Source of the DNA: Candidatus Poribacteria bacterium
Lineage (GTDB): Bacteria; Poribacteria; WGA-4E; WGA-3G
Direction of reading: 5' to 3'
NCBI GenBank assembly: GCA_022394775.1
Contig: JAGFCB010000014.1
Span: 7,715 to 71,714, forward strand
Length of the DNA: 64,000 nucleotides
This document shows positions 1-10,310 of this stretch, in pieces. Position numbers and translations under genes: made by a program. How positions within the stretch are numbered: position 1 is the stretch's first letter; the number at the start of each line of letters is the position of its first letter. The notes beneath the pieces are model-generated. The model did no database searches. It was not told the DNA's origin and saw only the letters and a program-made list of their open reading frames with translations.

Positions 1-339
1 CTCCGATCCCTTGATTTACCGCTCTGTGGATATTCTGGATTAATGCTCCCTGTTCTTGAGGATGTCGGTTTAGGACAACGCAGTGAAGCAGGCTATTTTA
101 ATCTTGACAGCCTCCTCCTCTATTCTTCTGTCTGCGGTACGGGTTTGGATACAATTCCGATACCCGGCAACGCTTCGACATCCCAGATTGCCGCCATTCT
201 TGCTGACGTTGCCGCGCTTTCTACACAGTTAAGCAAACCGCTATCCGTACGCCTTTTTCCAGTCCCCGGATGCAACGCAGACTGTCTGACAGAATTTGAT
301 TCCCCTTATCTAACAAATACCACTGTAATGCAGATATAG
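1..339 (+). CDS. DUF711-family protein, C-terminal part (5' end outside window)
   Basis: Frame is open from base 1 (LRSLDLPLCGYSGLMLPVLED...). The motifs GYSGLMLPVLED, SSVCGTGLDTIP and KPLSVRLFPVPG are typical of DUF711. Confidence 0.75.
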   Translation, partial: LRSLDLPLCGYSGLMLPVLEDVGLGQRSEAGYFNLDSLLLYSSVCGTGLDTIPIPGNASTSQIAAILADVAALSTQLSKPLSVRLFPVPGCNADCLTEFDSPYLTNTTVMQI

Positions 340-359
340 TGCTTTACAAGTTCAATCTG

Positions 360-411
360 CTTCCTAACCGCACCCCCAGGCCCGGTAGGTTTGGTTTCCT
401 AACCGAACCGG
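360..411 (+). repeat. REP-like GTAG palindrome (one full copy, one half copy)
   Basis: ccgGTAGgtttggtt-tcct-aaccgaaccgg at 382-411, and a half copy ttcctaaccgcacc at 361-374. A related left half (ggtaggtgcggttt) is at 40390-40403. Confidence 0.55.
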
Positions 412-444
412 ATCCTTAAAAAAAGATGTGAAACCCAATAATCT

Positions 445-565
445 TAGGACTTACGCACTTCCTCTCAAAGTCCCCCTGATAAGGGGATTTAGGGGGTTAA
501 ACAACTAAAATCGCTACTTTTTCGGTGGAATATATCGCTTTTGGACACGATCTGCGTAAGTCCTA
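445..565. mobile_element. MITE family A, copy 1 (121 bp)
   Basis: Perfect 13-bp TIRs taggacttacgca (445-457) and tgcgtaagtccta (553-565). Flanked by the 5-bp direct repeat AATCT (440-444, 566-570). Cargo contains the ccccctgataagggg hairpin. Confidence 0.85.
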
Positions 566-579
566 AATCTCTTAAAATT

Positions 580-701
580 TAGGACTTACCGATGATGGTC
601 TTTTGTACCACAAACTTCCAGTTTGTGCTATCAGAAATGCTGTATAATCAGAAAAGTTTCATCTAACAAAACCGTCCACAGCCAAAATTGCGTAAGTCCT
701 G
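580..701. mobile_element. MITE family A, copy 2 (122 bp)
   Basis: Ends are taggacttacc and tgcgtaagtcctg. 5-bp direct repeat AAATT (575-579, 702-706). Different cargo, with hairpin cacaaac-ttcca-gtttgtg. Confidence 0.8.
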
Positions 702-844
702 AAATTGAATAGCACTGCATTACTGAGCTTTTTCCTTGCTAATTGTCAAATCTTCTGATAAAATGATGCACATTCTTCTTGTAGGAGTGACCTTCGCTAA
801 CGCTTTGCTGATGACTAACAACTGAATACTTCTGGCTAAAAGGA

Positions 845-2308
845 ATGACTATGGCTGATAAACCACACGTTCTGCTCATCTCAACTGACCATTGGCCCAA
901 CTCACTTTTAGGTGTCAGTGGACATCCCGCCATCCAAACACCGACGCTGGACACGCTCGCACGAGCGGGCACCCGCTTCACGCGCGGATACAGCGAATGC
1001 CCCGTCTGTGTCCCCGCACGAAAAACCTTGATGACCGGCGCAACAACACGTACCCACAAAGACCGCGTTTTCAACGATCGAAAGGGAATAGACGGACTGC
1101 CGACAATTGCACAGACGTTTCGCAATGCCGGATATCAGGCTTACGCCGTTGGCAAGCTGCACGTCTATCCCCAACGGGACCGCATCGGATTTGACGATGT
1201 ACTGTTAGGTGAGGAAGGCAGGTTACAATACGGCGCGATTGACGACTATGAACTCTTCCTCGGCGATAGAGGCTATGCCGGTCAGCAATTCGCGCACGGG
1301 ATGTGTAATAACGATTACCTCAACCGTCCTTGGCATCTCCCCGAGGATTGTCACGTTACGAACTGGAGCACCCAACAGATGGTACGGATGATTAAACGCC
1401 GAGACCCAACCCGTCCCGGATTCTGGTTCCTCTCCTATTGCCATCCACATCCACCTTTAGCACCGCTCCAGTGTTATATGGACATGTATCGCAACATCGA
1501 CGTGGATATGCCCTATTACGGCGAATGGGCACAGCAGAACGAGGACCTCCCGCTACCGATAAAAGGACGGCAGAAACAGGACGAACAGTTTAATGAAGAC
1601 CTCGTCCGTTCGGCACGTCAAGCCTTTTACGCGCTTTGCACGCACATCGACCATCAGTTACGGGTCGTTATCGGCACGCTACGGGAGGAAGGCTTATTGA
1701 ACAACACCATTCTGCTGTTCACATCCGATCACGGCGATATGCTCGGTAATCATCGGATGTGGGCAAAACGGCTCTACTATGAAGATTCTGCCAACGTCCC
1801 GATGATTCTCGTTGGCACCGCAGGCGATGAACGCGTAGGACATCACAACGTCGATGATCGGCTCGTCGGATGGCAAGATGTGATGCCGACGCTCCTCCAC
1901 CTCGCAGGAATTGACATCCCAGATACCGTGGACGGGATACCGATGGTAGGCGACGAAAAACGAGAGTGGTTATATGGCGAATGTGGCGAAGGCGGAAGTG
2001 CGACCCGAATGATTCATGACGGACGCTTCAAACTCATCTACTACGCCACCGGTAACTACCGGCAACTCTTCGATCTGGAAGAAGATCCACGTGAACTAAA
2101 CGACCTCGCTGGTTCATCTGCACACGCCGAAATCCTTGAGCGATTGACAGGTCTCCTTATCGGTGAACTCTACGGCAGCGACGAAAAATGGATAGAAGAC
2201 GGAAAACTCGTCGGTTTACCCGACCGCGAGTACCGACCTTCAGCAAACCGAGCCTTATCGGGCCAACGCGGACTCCACTGGCCCCCACAGCCATCTGTAG
2301 GTCGTTAG
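845..2308 (+). CDS. Formylglycine-dependent sulfatase (choline-sulfatase-like)
   Basis: CVPAR (CxPxR) motif, GKLH, HPH, FTSDHGDMLG, QLFDLEEDPRE. AAGGA RBS just upstream. Confidence 0.9.
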   Translation: MTMADKPHVLLISTDHWPNSLLGVSGHPAIQTPTLDTLARAGTRFTRGYSECPVCVPARKTLMTGATTRTHKDRVFNDRKGIDGLPTIAQTFRNAGYQAYAVGKLHVYPQRDRIGFDDVLLGEEGRLQYGAIDDYELFLGDRGYAGQQFAHGMCNNDYLNRPWHLPEDCHVTNWSTQQMVRMIKRRDPTRPGFWFLSYCHPHPPLAPLQCYMDMYRNIDVDMPYYGEWAQQNEDLPLPIKGRQKQDEQFNEDLVRSARQAFYALCTHIDHQLRVVIGTLREEGLLNNTILLFTSDHGDMLGNHRMWAKRLYYEDSANVPMILVGTAGDERVGHHNVDDRLVGWQDVMPTLLHLAGIDIPDTVDGIPMVGDEKREWLYGECGEGGSATRMIHDGRFKLIYYATGNYRQLFDLEEDPRELNDLAGSSAHAEILERLTGLLIGELYGSDEKWIEDGKLVGLPDREYRPSANRALSGQRGLHWPPQPSVGR

Positions 2309-2326
2309 GTAAAACTTATGAAAACC

Positions 2327-2355
2327 TTGACAAAATTTCAGAAAACGATTATATT
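2327..2355 (+). promoter_or_regulatory. Sigma70-type promoter for the STAS gene
   Basis: TTGACA-17 bp-TATATT. Confidence 0.6.
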
Positions 2356-2436
2356 ATTTAAGGGAATATCTTCGTTAGGGCGTAACTCGCAAGCCCGTAT
2401 ATGTTAATTGTGCGACTAACCATGAAAGGAAAATAG

Positions 2437-2790
2437 ATGTTAGCAGAAATACGTCAAAGAGAAGGGGTCATTGTTATCCGACCCACCGGACGCATGATCG
2501 GTGCAGCAAACGCTGAAATCCGAGAACAGATTAATGAGGAACTCGAGGAGCATTTCGATTCTCCAAAAGTTATCTTTAACCTTGAGAATGTCACCCGTAT
2601 GGACAGTAGTGGACTCGGCACGCTTGTCTCTGTGAACGTGACGGTCTCTCGTAAAGGCGGACGGACAGCACTCGTCAATGCCGGTGCGCATATCCGTAAC
2701 CTGCTCATCCTCGGCCGCTTAATGACCGTTTTTGAGACTTACAACAGCGAAGAAGAGGGAATCCTCGCGCTAACCTCTGAGGAGAGTTAA
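2437..2790 (+). CDS. STAS-domain anti-sigma-factor antagonist
   Basis: 117 aa with the NLENVTRMDSSGLGTLV phospho-Ser motif. Confidence 0.9.
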   Translation: MLAEIRQREGVIVIRPTGRMIGAANAEIREQINEELEEHFDSPKVIFNLENVTRMDSSGLGTLVSVNVTVSRKGGRTALVNAGAHIRNLLILGRLMTVFETYNSEEEGILALTSEES

Positions 2791-2924
2791 TGCGCGCGAT
2801 AGAGCCATTTAGTTCCCTGTTGACGAGACTGTAGTTAAGACTGAATGGCTCCGATAACACGGAGCCATACCCTTCGTTCCTACGCGAATTTTTGAGAGAA
2901 ACCAAGATACGGAAAAGGAAATTT

Positions 2925-4079
2925 ATGGCAAATCAGAACCTCCCAACGTTTACTGTTGATGCTGGCTTCCATGACCGAGACGGATGTCCGGTCAGTGTCA
3001 GTGTTGACCATCCCGACATTAGCCAACTTCACGATCATGCCGTCACATTAACAGATACGGCATCTAATAATACCATCTCAGCACAATGCTTCGCTGACGA
3101 GGATGGCGGCACAACCTTAAATTGGATACTCGATGGACTCGCCGCTGGTGAATCGCGTTCCTATACCCTTTCAGAAGGAGGCGTTGCTGGCGAATCAGGC
3201 GTTCAGCTAAACGAAGAAGCCGAAACTATCGCCGTCACGCTCAATGACCGACACTTTACAACATTTCGCTATGCTAAAACACAATTCCGTCCCTATTTTT
3301 TCCCTGTCCTCGGTCCCGATGGACGCGAAGTAACGCGTGGTGAAACAAGCGAGGTCTCGAAAGACCACGTGCATCACCGTTCCCTCTACGTCGCCTATGG
3401 CGAGGTTAATGACGTGGATCTATGGGGTGAAGGCAGCAATTCCGGAAGAGTTGTGCATCAAAACTTCACACAGAAACAAGGGGGGGCTGTCGTCGGTCGG
3501 ATTTATACACAAAATAATTGGGAGACGCAAGCTGGTGATGTCTTAATGGCAGACAAGCAGAACTTCCGAATCTATAACCTCCCCGAAGACGCTGCGCTTA
3601 TCGACTTAGATCTCAGTTTTATTGCCTCAACTGGCGACGTTCATTTCGGAGATACCAAAGAAGGCGGTATCATGTCAATCCGTGTCCATCCCTCAATGAA
3701 CGCTTCAGATGGCGGAAAGATAGAGAACGCTTTCGGTGGAATCAATGAGGCTGAAACTTGGGGGAAACGGGCAAACTGGTGTGATTATTCGGGTGTAGTT
3801 GATGGAACACCTGTTGGTCTCGCTGTATTCGATCATATCGTCAATCCACGCTATCCGACATATTGGCACGTCCGTAACTACGGGTTAATGGGAAGCAACA
3901 TCTTCGGCGGCGGCACTTTTGAAAAAGACCCTGCTAAAGACGGTTCCTATACACTCAAGCAGGGTGAAGAGATGCACTTCCGGTTCCGTGTCCTGATCCA
4001 TGCAGGCGATGCCACTGTTGGAAAGGTATCACAGAAATACCACGATTTCATCAATCCGCCTGCTGTTGAGGTTTCCTGA
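2925..4079 (+). CDS. PmoA-family / DUF6807-like hypothetical protein
   Basis: Motifs PYFFPVLGP, DHVHHRSLY, FGDTKEGG, WCDYSG, WHVRNYG, FRFRVLIHAGD. Start placed at ATG 2925 after AAGGA. Confidence 0.65.
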   Translation: MANQNLPTFTVDAGFHDRDGCPVSVSVDHPDISQLHDHAVTLTDTASNNTISAQCFADEDGGTTLNWILDGLAAGESRSYTLSEGGVAGESGVQLNEEAETIAVTLNDRHFTTFRYAKTQFRPYFFPVLGPDGREVTRGETSEVSKDHVHHRSLYVAYGEVNDVDLWGEGSNSGRVVHQNFTQKQGGAVVGRIYTQNNWETQAGDVLMADKQNFRIYNLPEDAALIDLDLSFIASTGDVHFGDTKEGGIMSIRVHPSMNASDGGKIENAFGGINEAETWGKRANWCDYSGVVDGTPVGLAVFDHIVNPRYPTYWHVRNYGLMGSNIFGGGTFEKDPAKDGSYTLKQGEEMHFRFRVLIHAGDATVGKVSQKYHDFINPPAVEVS

Positions 4080-4113
4080 TCGTAAGCGCATACCAAATCA
4101 AGGAGATTCACGA

Positions 4114-5181
4114 ATGCCTATCCCAACGATTCATGTGGGATGTACTCATTTCGCGCACGGCCGTCTACAAGCACAGATCAACTCACACGGGTTAGAACCT
4201 GTCGCCTGTGTAGACATCGATCTTGAAGCCGCACGGGAAGGGGTAGCATCAATAGATGGTGCCCCTGAAGGCTTGGCGGAACGTATCTATACCACCATAA
4301 CCGAGGCGAAAGAGAAACACGACGCACAGGCTTGCCTTATCTATGCCTCCACAACCGTTCACGCCAAGTTAATCGTCGAAAGCCTGAACCTCGGTATGCA
4401 TACCCTCTGTGTCAAACCGATCGCGACAACACAGGCAGAATTCCACGACATTATTCGGGCACATAAAGCGAATCCGGGTTTAATGCTCGTGCAAGGGCAG
4501 AACAAACGCTGGAACCCAGCCGCCGCAAAAATGCGTGAATGGCTCCGCGAAGATGGTGGTATCGGTGAAATGTTAGCCGGTGAATGTCGATTCTGGATCC
4601 GACAAAATCTATATACCGGCCCCGATTCCCGACAACCGGACGCTTATGTGGATGGGCTCTTTTTCCATGCGGGCTGCAGCCATCAACTCGATCAACTTGT
4701 TGCTGCGAAGGGGCTCCCTAAATACGTTACAGCGCATGTCCATAACCGTCGAGATCCTGAACTTGGGCAAATTGATGCTTGGGGAACCGCCGGTGGCAAC
4801 GCACTCATGGAATACGCAAACGGCGCACCTTTCTCTTATGCCGGAACGCGGGCAGGACATACCGGACCCTTCGGGTGGAGTGGCAGCTGGAGTTTTCACG
4901 GTGAAGATGGGGACCTCCGACGAGACGCGGGACATCTCCAGCTTTTCCAACTCGGCGAAACCATTGAAGATTTAAACCTCCAAGATCTACACGCAGGACT
5001 CATAGAGGACGATCGACTCCAATTCGATGCCTTCGCGCAAGCGATCGCTAACGGCACCGATCGAGACTGGGTGCAGGACACGACCCTCGGTACATGGATA
5101 CTGATGGAAGCCTGTAACGAATCCGCGAGAACACACACCCGCGTTGATGTCGAAGCGTTCGCTAAGAAGATGCTTGCTTAA
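4114..5181 (+). CDS. Gfo/Idh/MocA-family oxidoreductase
   Basis: Rossmann-like N-terminus, HTLCVKP (variant of EKP), QNKRW and HQLDQ. AGGAG RBS precedes ATG 4114. Confidence 0.8.
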   Translation: MPIPTIHVGCTHFAHGRLQAQINSHGLEPVACVDIDLEAAREGVASIDGAPEGLAERIYTTITEAKEKHDAQACLIYASTTVHAKLIVESLNLGMHTLCVKPIATTQAEFHDIIRAHKANPGLMLVQGQNKRWNPAAAKMREWLREDGGIGEMLAGECRFWIRQNLYTGPDSRQPDAYVDGLFFHAGCSHQLDQLVAAKGLPKYVTAHVHNRRDPELGQIDAWGTAGGNALMEYANGAPFSYAGTRAGHTGPFGWSGSWSFHGEDGDLRRDAGHLQLFQLGETIEDLNLQDLHAGLIEDDRLQFDAFAQAIANGTDRDWVQDTTLGTWILMEACNESARTHTRVDVEAFAKKMLA

Positions 5182-6457
5182 ATCCTGCCGGAGGTTTCAA
5201 ATAAGATTTTTTGCCTTAATTTTTGTTGCCGTGCTTAGTACAACAATACTCATTGGGTGTGAAAGGCAACTTATACCACCGATAGATCCGACGGATCCAT
5301 CGCAAACAGCCTCACAATTGGCACAAAAAGCACTGTCAGACCTTGCGGACACCGCTGCTAAACGTGGATTTGTTGATCTTGCTAACGCTGCAAATGAAGT
5401 CGCAGAAGTCCTTACAGTAGAACAGGAACAAGAAACAACAGGAATAGCATTCTTGAAACTTTATCAGGAAGCATACACTTTACAAGATGCATTTGTTTTA
5501 GCAAGCTGCGGGATAACATTGGATGGGTTTTCTATGGTGTCCATGCGTGCAGCAGAGATATACATAACAGATCCATACTTAACAGAATTAGCTATGGAAC
5601 CGAGTGACAGGGAACAGGTATTGGAAAACCTTGCGCAAGAAGCATTGAATGCAGGAACGATATTGCGGCAGTTTCCTGCAGAGAACGCTTTTATTCCCTT
5701 TGCTTTCGGGTACAAGCCGTCCAGCTATCTTCCTTCAGGCACTGGGATAGTATACTTTCAGTCGTGCAACAACGAAATACTCATAAATTATGACGAAACA
5801 ATTCGGCTAGTGTTTATAACGCGGGCAGCTGTAGTTGAGTTTCTGACTCTCAAAGGATACGCGATGGTGCAAGAGGAATTATCATTTACTAATTATAAGT
5901 TTATAGATTTAAATAATTATGAGTTTATAGACTTAAATGCGGATGTTAATCCATATTCTATTAGGGAAGAATTACTCTCTATCCCCGGTGTTGCGAGAAT
6001 AAGTATCTGTGGGGATGAATACATTCCCGGACCTCCTGTCACAGTAGAAGAACCGACCTTCGATGCACAACCATTTTTTATTATCGTAGACCGGATAAGG
6101 GCAAGATACAATGAAGCTTGGTGTCAAGGCAACTTTGACATAATAGACAGTATCTTAATTGAAGAAAGCAGGGTGGATTTCTTTAATTATTCCTTCGTCC
6201 GCAACCTTGCAGATATCTATGCAGAAGAAATTCCGGAGGCTGCAGAACGTATCCGGACAAATGGTTTTTCCCTTCACAGTATAGCAGTGGCGTTTCTTTA
6301 TATCTATTCTCGGCATTCAGAGAAAAGTCATGAAGATATTACTGAACTCTTCCGACAATCCATCAGAGATGGATATGTGACTATAGAGCATTTTAGAGGT
6401 GGAACAATTTTAAATAATCTACACATTGAGGCACCAAGCATCCCAATCATTCAGTGA
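5174..6457 (+). CDS. Hypothetical lipoprotein (AT-rich)
   Basis: Long ORF with a hydrophobic signal ending in the lipobox LIGC. Start uncertain (TTG 5174 chosen; the ORF opens at 5144). Confidence 0.6.
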   Translation: MLKSCRRFQIRFFALIFVAVLSTTILIGCERQLIPPIDPTDPSQTASQLAQKALSDLADTAAKRGFVDLANAANEVAEVLTVEQEQETTGIAFLKLYQEAYTLQDAFVLASCGITLDGFSMVSMRAAEIYITDPYLTELAMEPSDREQVLENLAQEALNAGTILRQFPAENAFIPFAFGYKPSSYLPSGTGIVYFQSCNNEILINYDETIRLVFITRAAVVEFLTLKGYAMVQEELSFTNYKFIDLNNYEFIDLNADVNPYSIREELLSIPGVARISICGDEYIPGPPVTVEEPTFDAQPFFIIVDRIRARYNEAWCQGNFDIIDSILIEESRVDFFNYSFVRNLADIYAEEIPEAAERIRTNGFSLHSIAVAFLYIYSRHSEKSHEDITELFRQSIRDGYVTIEHFRGGTILNNLHIEAPSIPIIQ

Positions 6458-6472
6458 ATAATGGAGGCTAAA

Positions 6473-8101
6473 ATGCAAACACCACACGGCTCAGCGTTTC
6501 GTCCATCTGTGATGGGTAGGAACGGGATGGTTACTTCTGGACACGTCCTCGCTTCGCAGGCAGGCATCCAGACAATGATGGCAGGAGGGAACGCCGTTGA
6601 TGCGGCTATCGCCACTGCTGCAGCACTCGGTATGGTTGAACCTGCTGGCTCTGGGGTCGGTGGCGATGGCTTTATCCTTATCTATTGGGCGGAAACCGGG
6701 CAGGTCGAGGCAGTAAATGGGACTGGACCGGCACCTCGCGCCGCAACTCGGGAAACCTATCTCAAGGACGGTGGAATCCCGATGAAAGGCATACGGAGTG
6801 TTTCTGTACCAGGAATCGTTGACGCATGGCTCCTCGCACATGAACGCTATGGGGCACTCAAATTAGAAGATGTTTTCGCGCCTGCAATTTCGCTCTGCGA
6901 AGAGGGGTTTCCTGTCAGCCACAGGCTCGCTGGTGGACTTAGAGGTGAAAACCCACGTTTCGCCGCCGAACCAGACAGCCGCGCTATCTTTACAAACGAT
7001 GGTGAACCTATCCCCGCCGGTCAGTTCATCGCCAACCCGAATCTCGGCACAACACTCCGGAAGATCGCAAAACACGGCAGAGATGTGTTCTACAAGGGTG
7101 AAATCGCTAAGGCTATCGGTGAATTCAGCCGTGCCTACGATGGACTCCTAACCGCTGAAGATCTTGCTGATTTCCACGCACACTGGGCTGAACCGATCCA
7201 TGTCAATTACCGCGGATACGAAGTCTACGAGATGCCGCCTAATTCGAGCGGGCATATCTTGCTTCAAGAATTGAATATGGTTGAGTTATTCGATTTGCAA
7301 GCCTTAGGATGCAATACCGCTGAAAGCGTGCATCTGATGGTTGAAGCGAAAAAACTCGCCTTCGCTGACCGTGAAAAATATATGGCAGACCCAGAATGGG
7401 TGGATGTACCTATAGAAGGCATGTTATCCAAATCTTACGCCGCCGAACAAGCAGACCGTATCGACTTAGACAAGGCTGCTTTTGATGTTCCGGCTGGTGG
7501 ACCAGAAGCACACGAAGATACAACCTGTTTCTGTACCGCGGACCGGGCAGGGAATCTCGTTTGTATACTACAGAGTATCCAATCCGGGTTCGGCTCCAGT
7601 TTGGTTGCAGGAGACACAGGGGTCCTTTTAAACAATCGTATGACCTATTGGCATCTCGAAGAAGAACACCCGAACTGCTTAATGCCGGGCAAACGCGTCC
7701 GACACACCATGAACCCTGTCATCGTCACGAAAGATGGTCAACCCTTCTTAGCTTGTGGCACACCCGGGGCAGATACACAGGTACAGACAAACCTGCAGCT
7801 CGTTACGCATATTGTTGATTTCGGAATGACACCGCAGGAAGCTGTCTCTGCACCGCGTTGGCGCAGCCTACAGAACCCCATGGAATCGACGATTCCGCAT
7901 ACCTGCTCTAATGACCTTCAGTTAGAAAACCGATTCTCTTCGGATACCAAGGACGGATTGGCAGAGAGAGGGCATGAACTCCAAATTTCTGGTGATTGGG
8001 GCGGTCCCGGAAGTGCTCAGGCTATTATGGTTCATCCGGAATCTGGTGCACTCATCGGTGGTTCCGATCCAAGAACAGACGGGTACGCTGTCACTTTTTA
8101 G
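6473..8101 (+). CDS. ggt: Gamma-glutamyltransferase family protein (no signal peptide)
   Basis: GGNAVDAAIA, SGVGGDGF, catalytic Thr in EDTTCF, GKRVRHTMNP, GTPGAD, GGSDPR. Confidence 0.9.
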   Translation: MQTPHGSAFRPSVMGRNGMVTSGHVLASQAGIQTMMAGGNAVDAAIATAAALGMVEPAGSGVGGDGFILIYWAETGQVEAVNGTGPAPRAATRETYLKDGGIPMKGIRSVSVPGIVDAWLLAHERYGALKLEDVFAPAISLCEEGFPVSHRLAGGLRGENPRFAAEPDSRAIFTNDGEPIPAGQFIANPNLGTTLRKIAKHGRDVFYKGEIAKAIGEFSRAYDGLLTAEDLADFHAHWAEPIHVNYRGYEVYEMPPNSSGHILLQELNMVELFDLQALGCNTAESVHLMVEAKKLAFADREKYMADPEWVDVPIEGMLSKSYAAEQADRIDLDKAAFDVPAGGPEAHEDTTCFCTADRAGNLVCILQSIQSGFGSSLVAGDTGVLLNNRMTYWHLEEEHPNCLMPGKRVRHTMNPVIVTKDGQPFLACGTPGADTQVQTNLQLVTHIVDFGMTPQEAVSAPRWRSLQNPMESTIPHTCSNDLQLENRFSSDTKDGLAERGHELQISGDWGGPGSAQAIMVHPESGALIGGSDPRTDGYAVTF

Positions 8102-8115
8102 AGGAATTGTTTCAT

Positions 8116-8128
8116 TAGGATTTACGCA
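8116..8128 (+). repeat. Solo left TIR of MITE family A
   Basis: taggatttacgca, one mismatch from taggacttacgca. No clear right end. Confidence 0.45.
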
Positions 8129-8180
8129 AACTCCTACTACCACACTATCATTATTGGGCTAAGACCCACGGAGGCTAATT

Positions 8181-9035
8181 GTGAATAGCACCACTGTGAG
8201 AATCATGGCGTACTCGGTTTTTATGATAACCTTTTGTCTTGTAGCACCACAAACTTGGGGGCGTGAGGCTGTTCTTCTTGAAGAAGATTTTGAAGGCGTG
8301 AAACTCGAAGCAAGTATAATGGAACAGGTTAAAGATAAAGACGTTTGGTCAGGCACACCGCCTGAAGGTTGGGAAATTACAAACGAGAACCCTAAAGATC
8401 TCGGTATGCCTGAGTGGAGAACTTGGGCGATTGTTGATCTTGAGTGGTGGACACGAACAGCCGAAGACCAGCGGCGTAGTGAGTTCACCGGAGTCCACAA
8501 TGACGGCAAGGGCAAAGGGAACGGAGCCGTTTCTGATCCTGATGAGTGGGACGATTGGGAGGGAAATGGGGATCCTGATGCCCAGAGTCGTTGGAACGGT
8601 CACTTAATTACGCCACCCATTAAAATCAAAGGCGCAGCAGCAAAATCGCTCGTCTTAACATTGGATTCGAGCTGGCGACCTGAAGATACCCAAAATGGTG
8701 AGATCACAGTGAGTTTCGACGGCGATAAGGAAGAACGAATTCTATTCTTCAAGAGCGTCGGGATTGACGCAGGCGCGCATACCCTTGTTACGATTCCTAC
8801 CCTTAAACTAAAAGAGGAAAAAATAAACGATGGGGAACAGATAAACGAAACATTAGAAATCCCGATCGACAACCCCGCAGGTGCAGCGGAGATGACTATT
8901 AGTTTCGGTGTCGTTGACGCACAGAATGATTGGTGGTGGGCGATAGATAATATAAAACTTATAAGCACTGCCTTTGATGTAGAACCGAGAGATAAATTAG
9001 CAGTGAAATGGGGAGAAATGAAGTCCTTACAATAA
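8181..9035 (+). CDS. Secreted Trp-rich jelly-roll/MAM-like protein with KLAxxWG tail
   Basis: Signal peptide, EEDFEG start, WWWAIDN end of the beta-sandwich, C-terminus DVEPRDKLAVKWGEMKSLQ. Confidence 0.7.
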   Translation: MNSTTVRIMAYSVFMITFCLVAPQTWGREAVLLEEDFEGVKLEASIMEQVKDKDVWSGTPPEGWEITNENPKDLGMPEWRTWAIVDLEWWTRTAEDQRRSEFTGVHNDGKGKGNGAVSDPDEWDDWEGNGDPDAQSRWNGHLITPPIKIKGAAAKSLVLTLDSSWRPEDTQNGEITVSFDGDKEERILFFKSVGIDAGAHTLVTIPTLKLKEEKINDGEQINETLEIPIDNPAGAAEMTISFGVVDAQNDWWWAIDNIKLISTAFDVEPRDKLAVKWGEMKSLQ

Positions 9036-9152
9036 CCCCCCTCTATCAAATTGTGAGCAACGCAATATCACTTACAATTTCGCAAATATACGCTAAAAGA
9101 GTGATGCGCTTCCCTCAAGTGTATCGCTCTTTTATGCATTGGAGAAAAATTT

Positions 9153-10205
9153 ATGAAAATATTGGTCACAGGTGGCACGGGACGCATCGGGTCGAACCTC
9201 GTTAAAAAATTACTGGAAAAAGGACACGATATCCGAAGTTTCGTTTATCCGGGTGATGTCAACCGTGTTGGAAGATGGGACGGAACTGAACGCGTTGAGA
9301 CCGTCCTCGGCGACTTGCGCGAATATGAAGACGTTAAAAAAGCCGTTGAAGGTGTTGATGCTATCTATCATATCGCCGCTGCTTTCGGGGGGCCCTTTGA
9401 TAACCGCCAGTACTTGGAGATTAATGGTATGGGGACGCTCAACATTTTGGAGGCTGTCCGCGAATCCAATCCGAACCTTCACCGTCTCGTTTATGCCTGT
9501 ACCGAAGCAATCTATTGGGAACTTACTGAGAAGGGCAGATTTTTCGATAAACCGATCACGGAAGATATGGTTGCTAAATACCATCACATGCCTTATTTCC
9601 TTACCAAATGGATCGGTGAGGAATTGTGCATGACCTATCACCACCAATACGGCGTACCTTCCACTGTTTTCCGATTTACTACCGTTATTGAACCGAGCGA
9701 ATTCCTCAATGAAGATGATTTGCCGAAACTGTTTGTCTTTAGTAATATTTACAACCGATACAGCAATTATAAAGGCGATGATCCTGCTGAGTTAGAAACC
9801 GCTGAGACTGTCAAACGTCTCTGGGATGGACAAGAAAAATTTATACTCAAACGCAACCCTAACGGGCGACCTTATAAAGAACATTTCACTGATGTTCGCG
9901 ATATTGTGCAAGGATTGGTTTCCGGGATTGAGAAGGATGCCGCTATCGGCGAAGAATTCACACTCGGAGGGAACGGTGTTTTCAAACACGAAGAGGTTAT
10001 GCCATATCTATCCGAACGCTACCAGATGGATTTTGTTGATGTCCAACTCCCGCAACCTCTCTATTTTGAATTTGATTTGAGCAAAATCAAAACACTATTG
10101 GGCTTTGAACCACAACACGATTTAGCGAGTATCCTTGATGCCGCTGAAGCGATGCGCCGTGGTGAAGATGTCGGCATTATTCCAACAGGCGTTCGGTGGA
10201 ACTAA
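9153..10205 (+). CDS. NAD-dependent epimerase/dehydratase (extended SDR)
   Basis: TGGTGRIG, YHIAA, YFLTK (YxxxK). Confidence 0.9.
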   Translation: MKILVTGGTGRIGSNLVKKLLEKGHDIRSFVYPGDVNRVGRWDGTERVETVLGDLREYEDVKKAVEGVDAIYHIAAAFGGPFDNRQYLEINGMGTLNILEAVRESNPNLHRLVYACTEAIYWELTEKGRFFDKPITEDMVAKYHHMPYFLTKWIGEELCMTYHHQYGVPSTVFRFTTVIEPSEFLNEDDLPKLFVFSNIYNRYSNYKGDDPAELETAETVKRLWDGQEKFILKRNPNGRPYKEHFTDVRDIVQGLVSGIEKDAAIGEEFTLGGNGVFKHEEVMPYLSERYQMDFVDVQLPQPLYFEFDLSKIKTLLGFEPQHDLASILDAAEAMRRGEDVGIIPTGVRWN

Positions 10206-10228
10206 TGATAGACTGCTGATGCTTTTCC

Positions 10229-10258
10229 TTGACACATCCCTGAAAAGTAGGTTAGACT
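10229..10258 (+). promoter_or_regulatory. Sigma70-type promoter
   Basis: TTGACA-18 bp-TAGACT upstream of the GAGGAGG RBS. Confidence 0.5.
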
Positions 10259-10310
10259 TAATAAAAACACACTTCAACCCTAAACTGTGTCCTGAGGAGG
10301 TTCGTCTACC

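Noticed and set aside
2802..2851. gagccatttagt/actgaatggctc hairpin as a terminator or ncRNA
   Set aside because: It has a large loop, no U-tract and a single copy in the window, so no function can be assigned.
2925..4079. Particulate methane monooxygenase subunit
   Set aside because: Soluble protein with no TM helices and no pmoB/pmoC. The PmoA family label does not imply methane oxidation.
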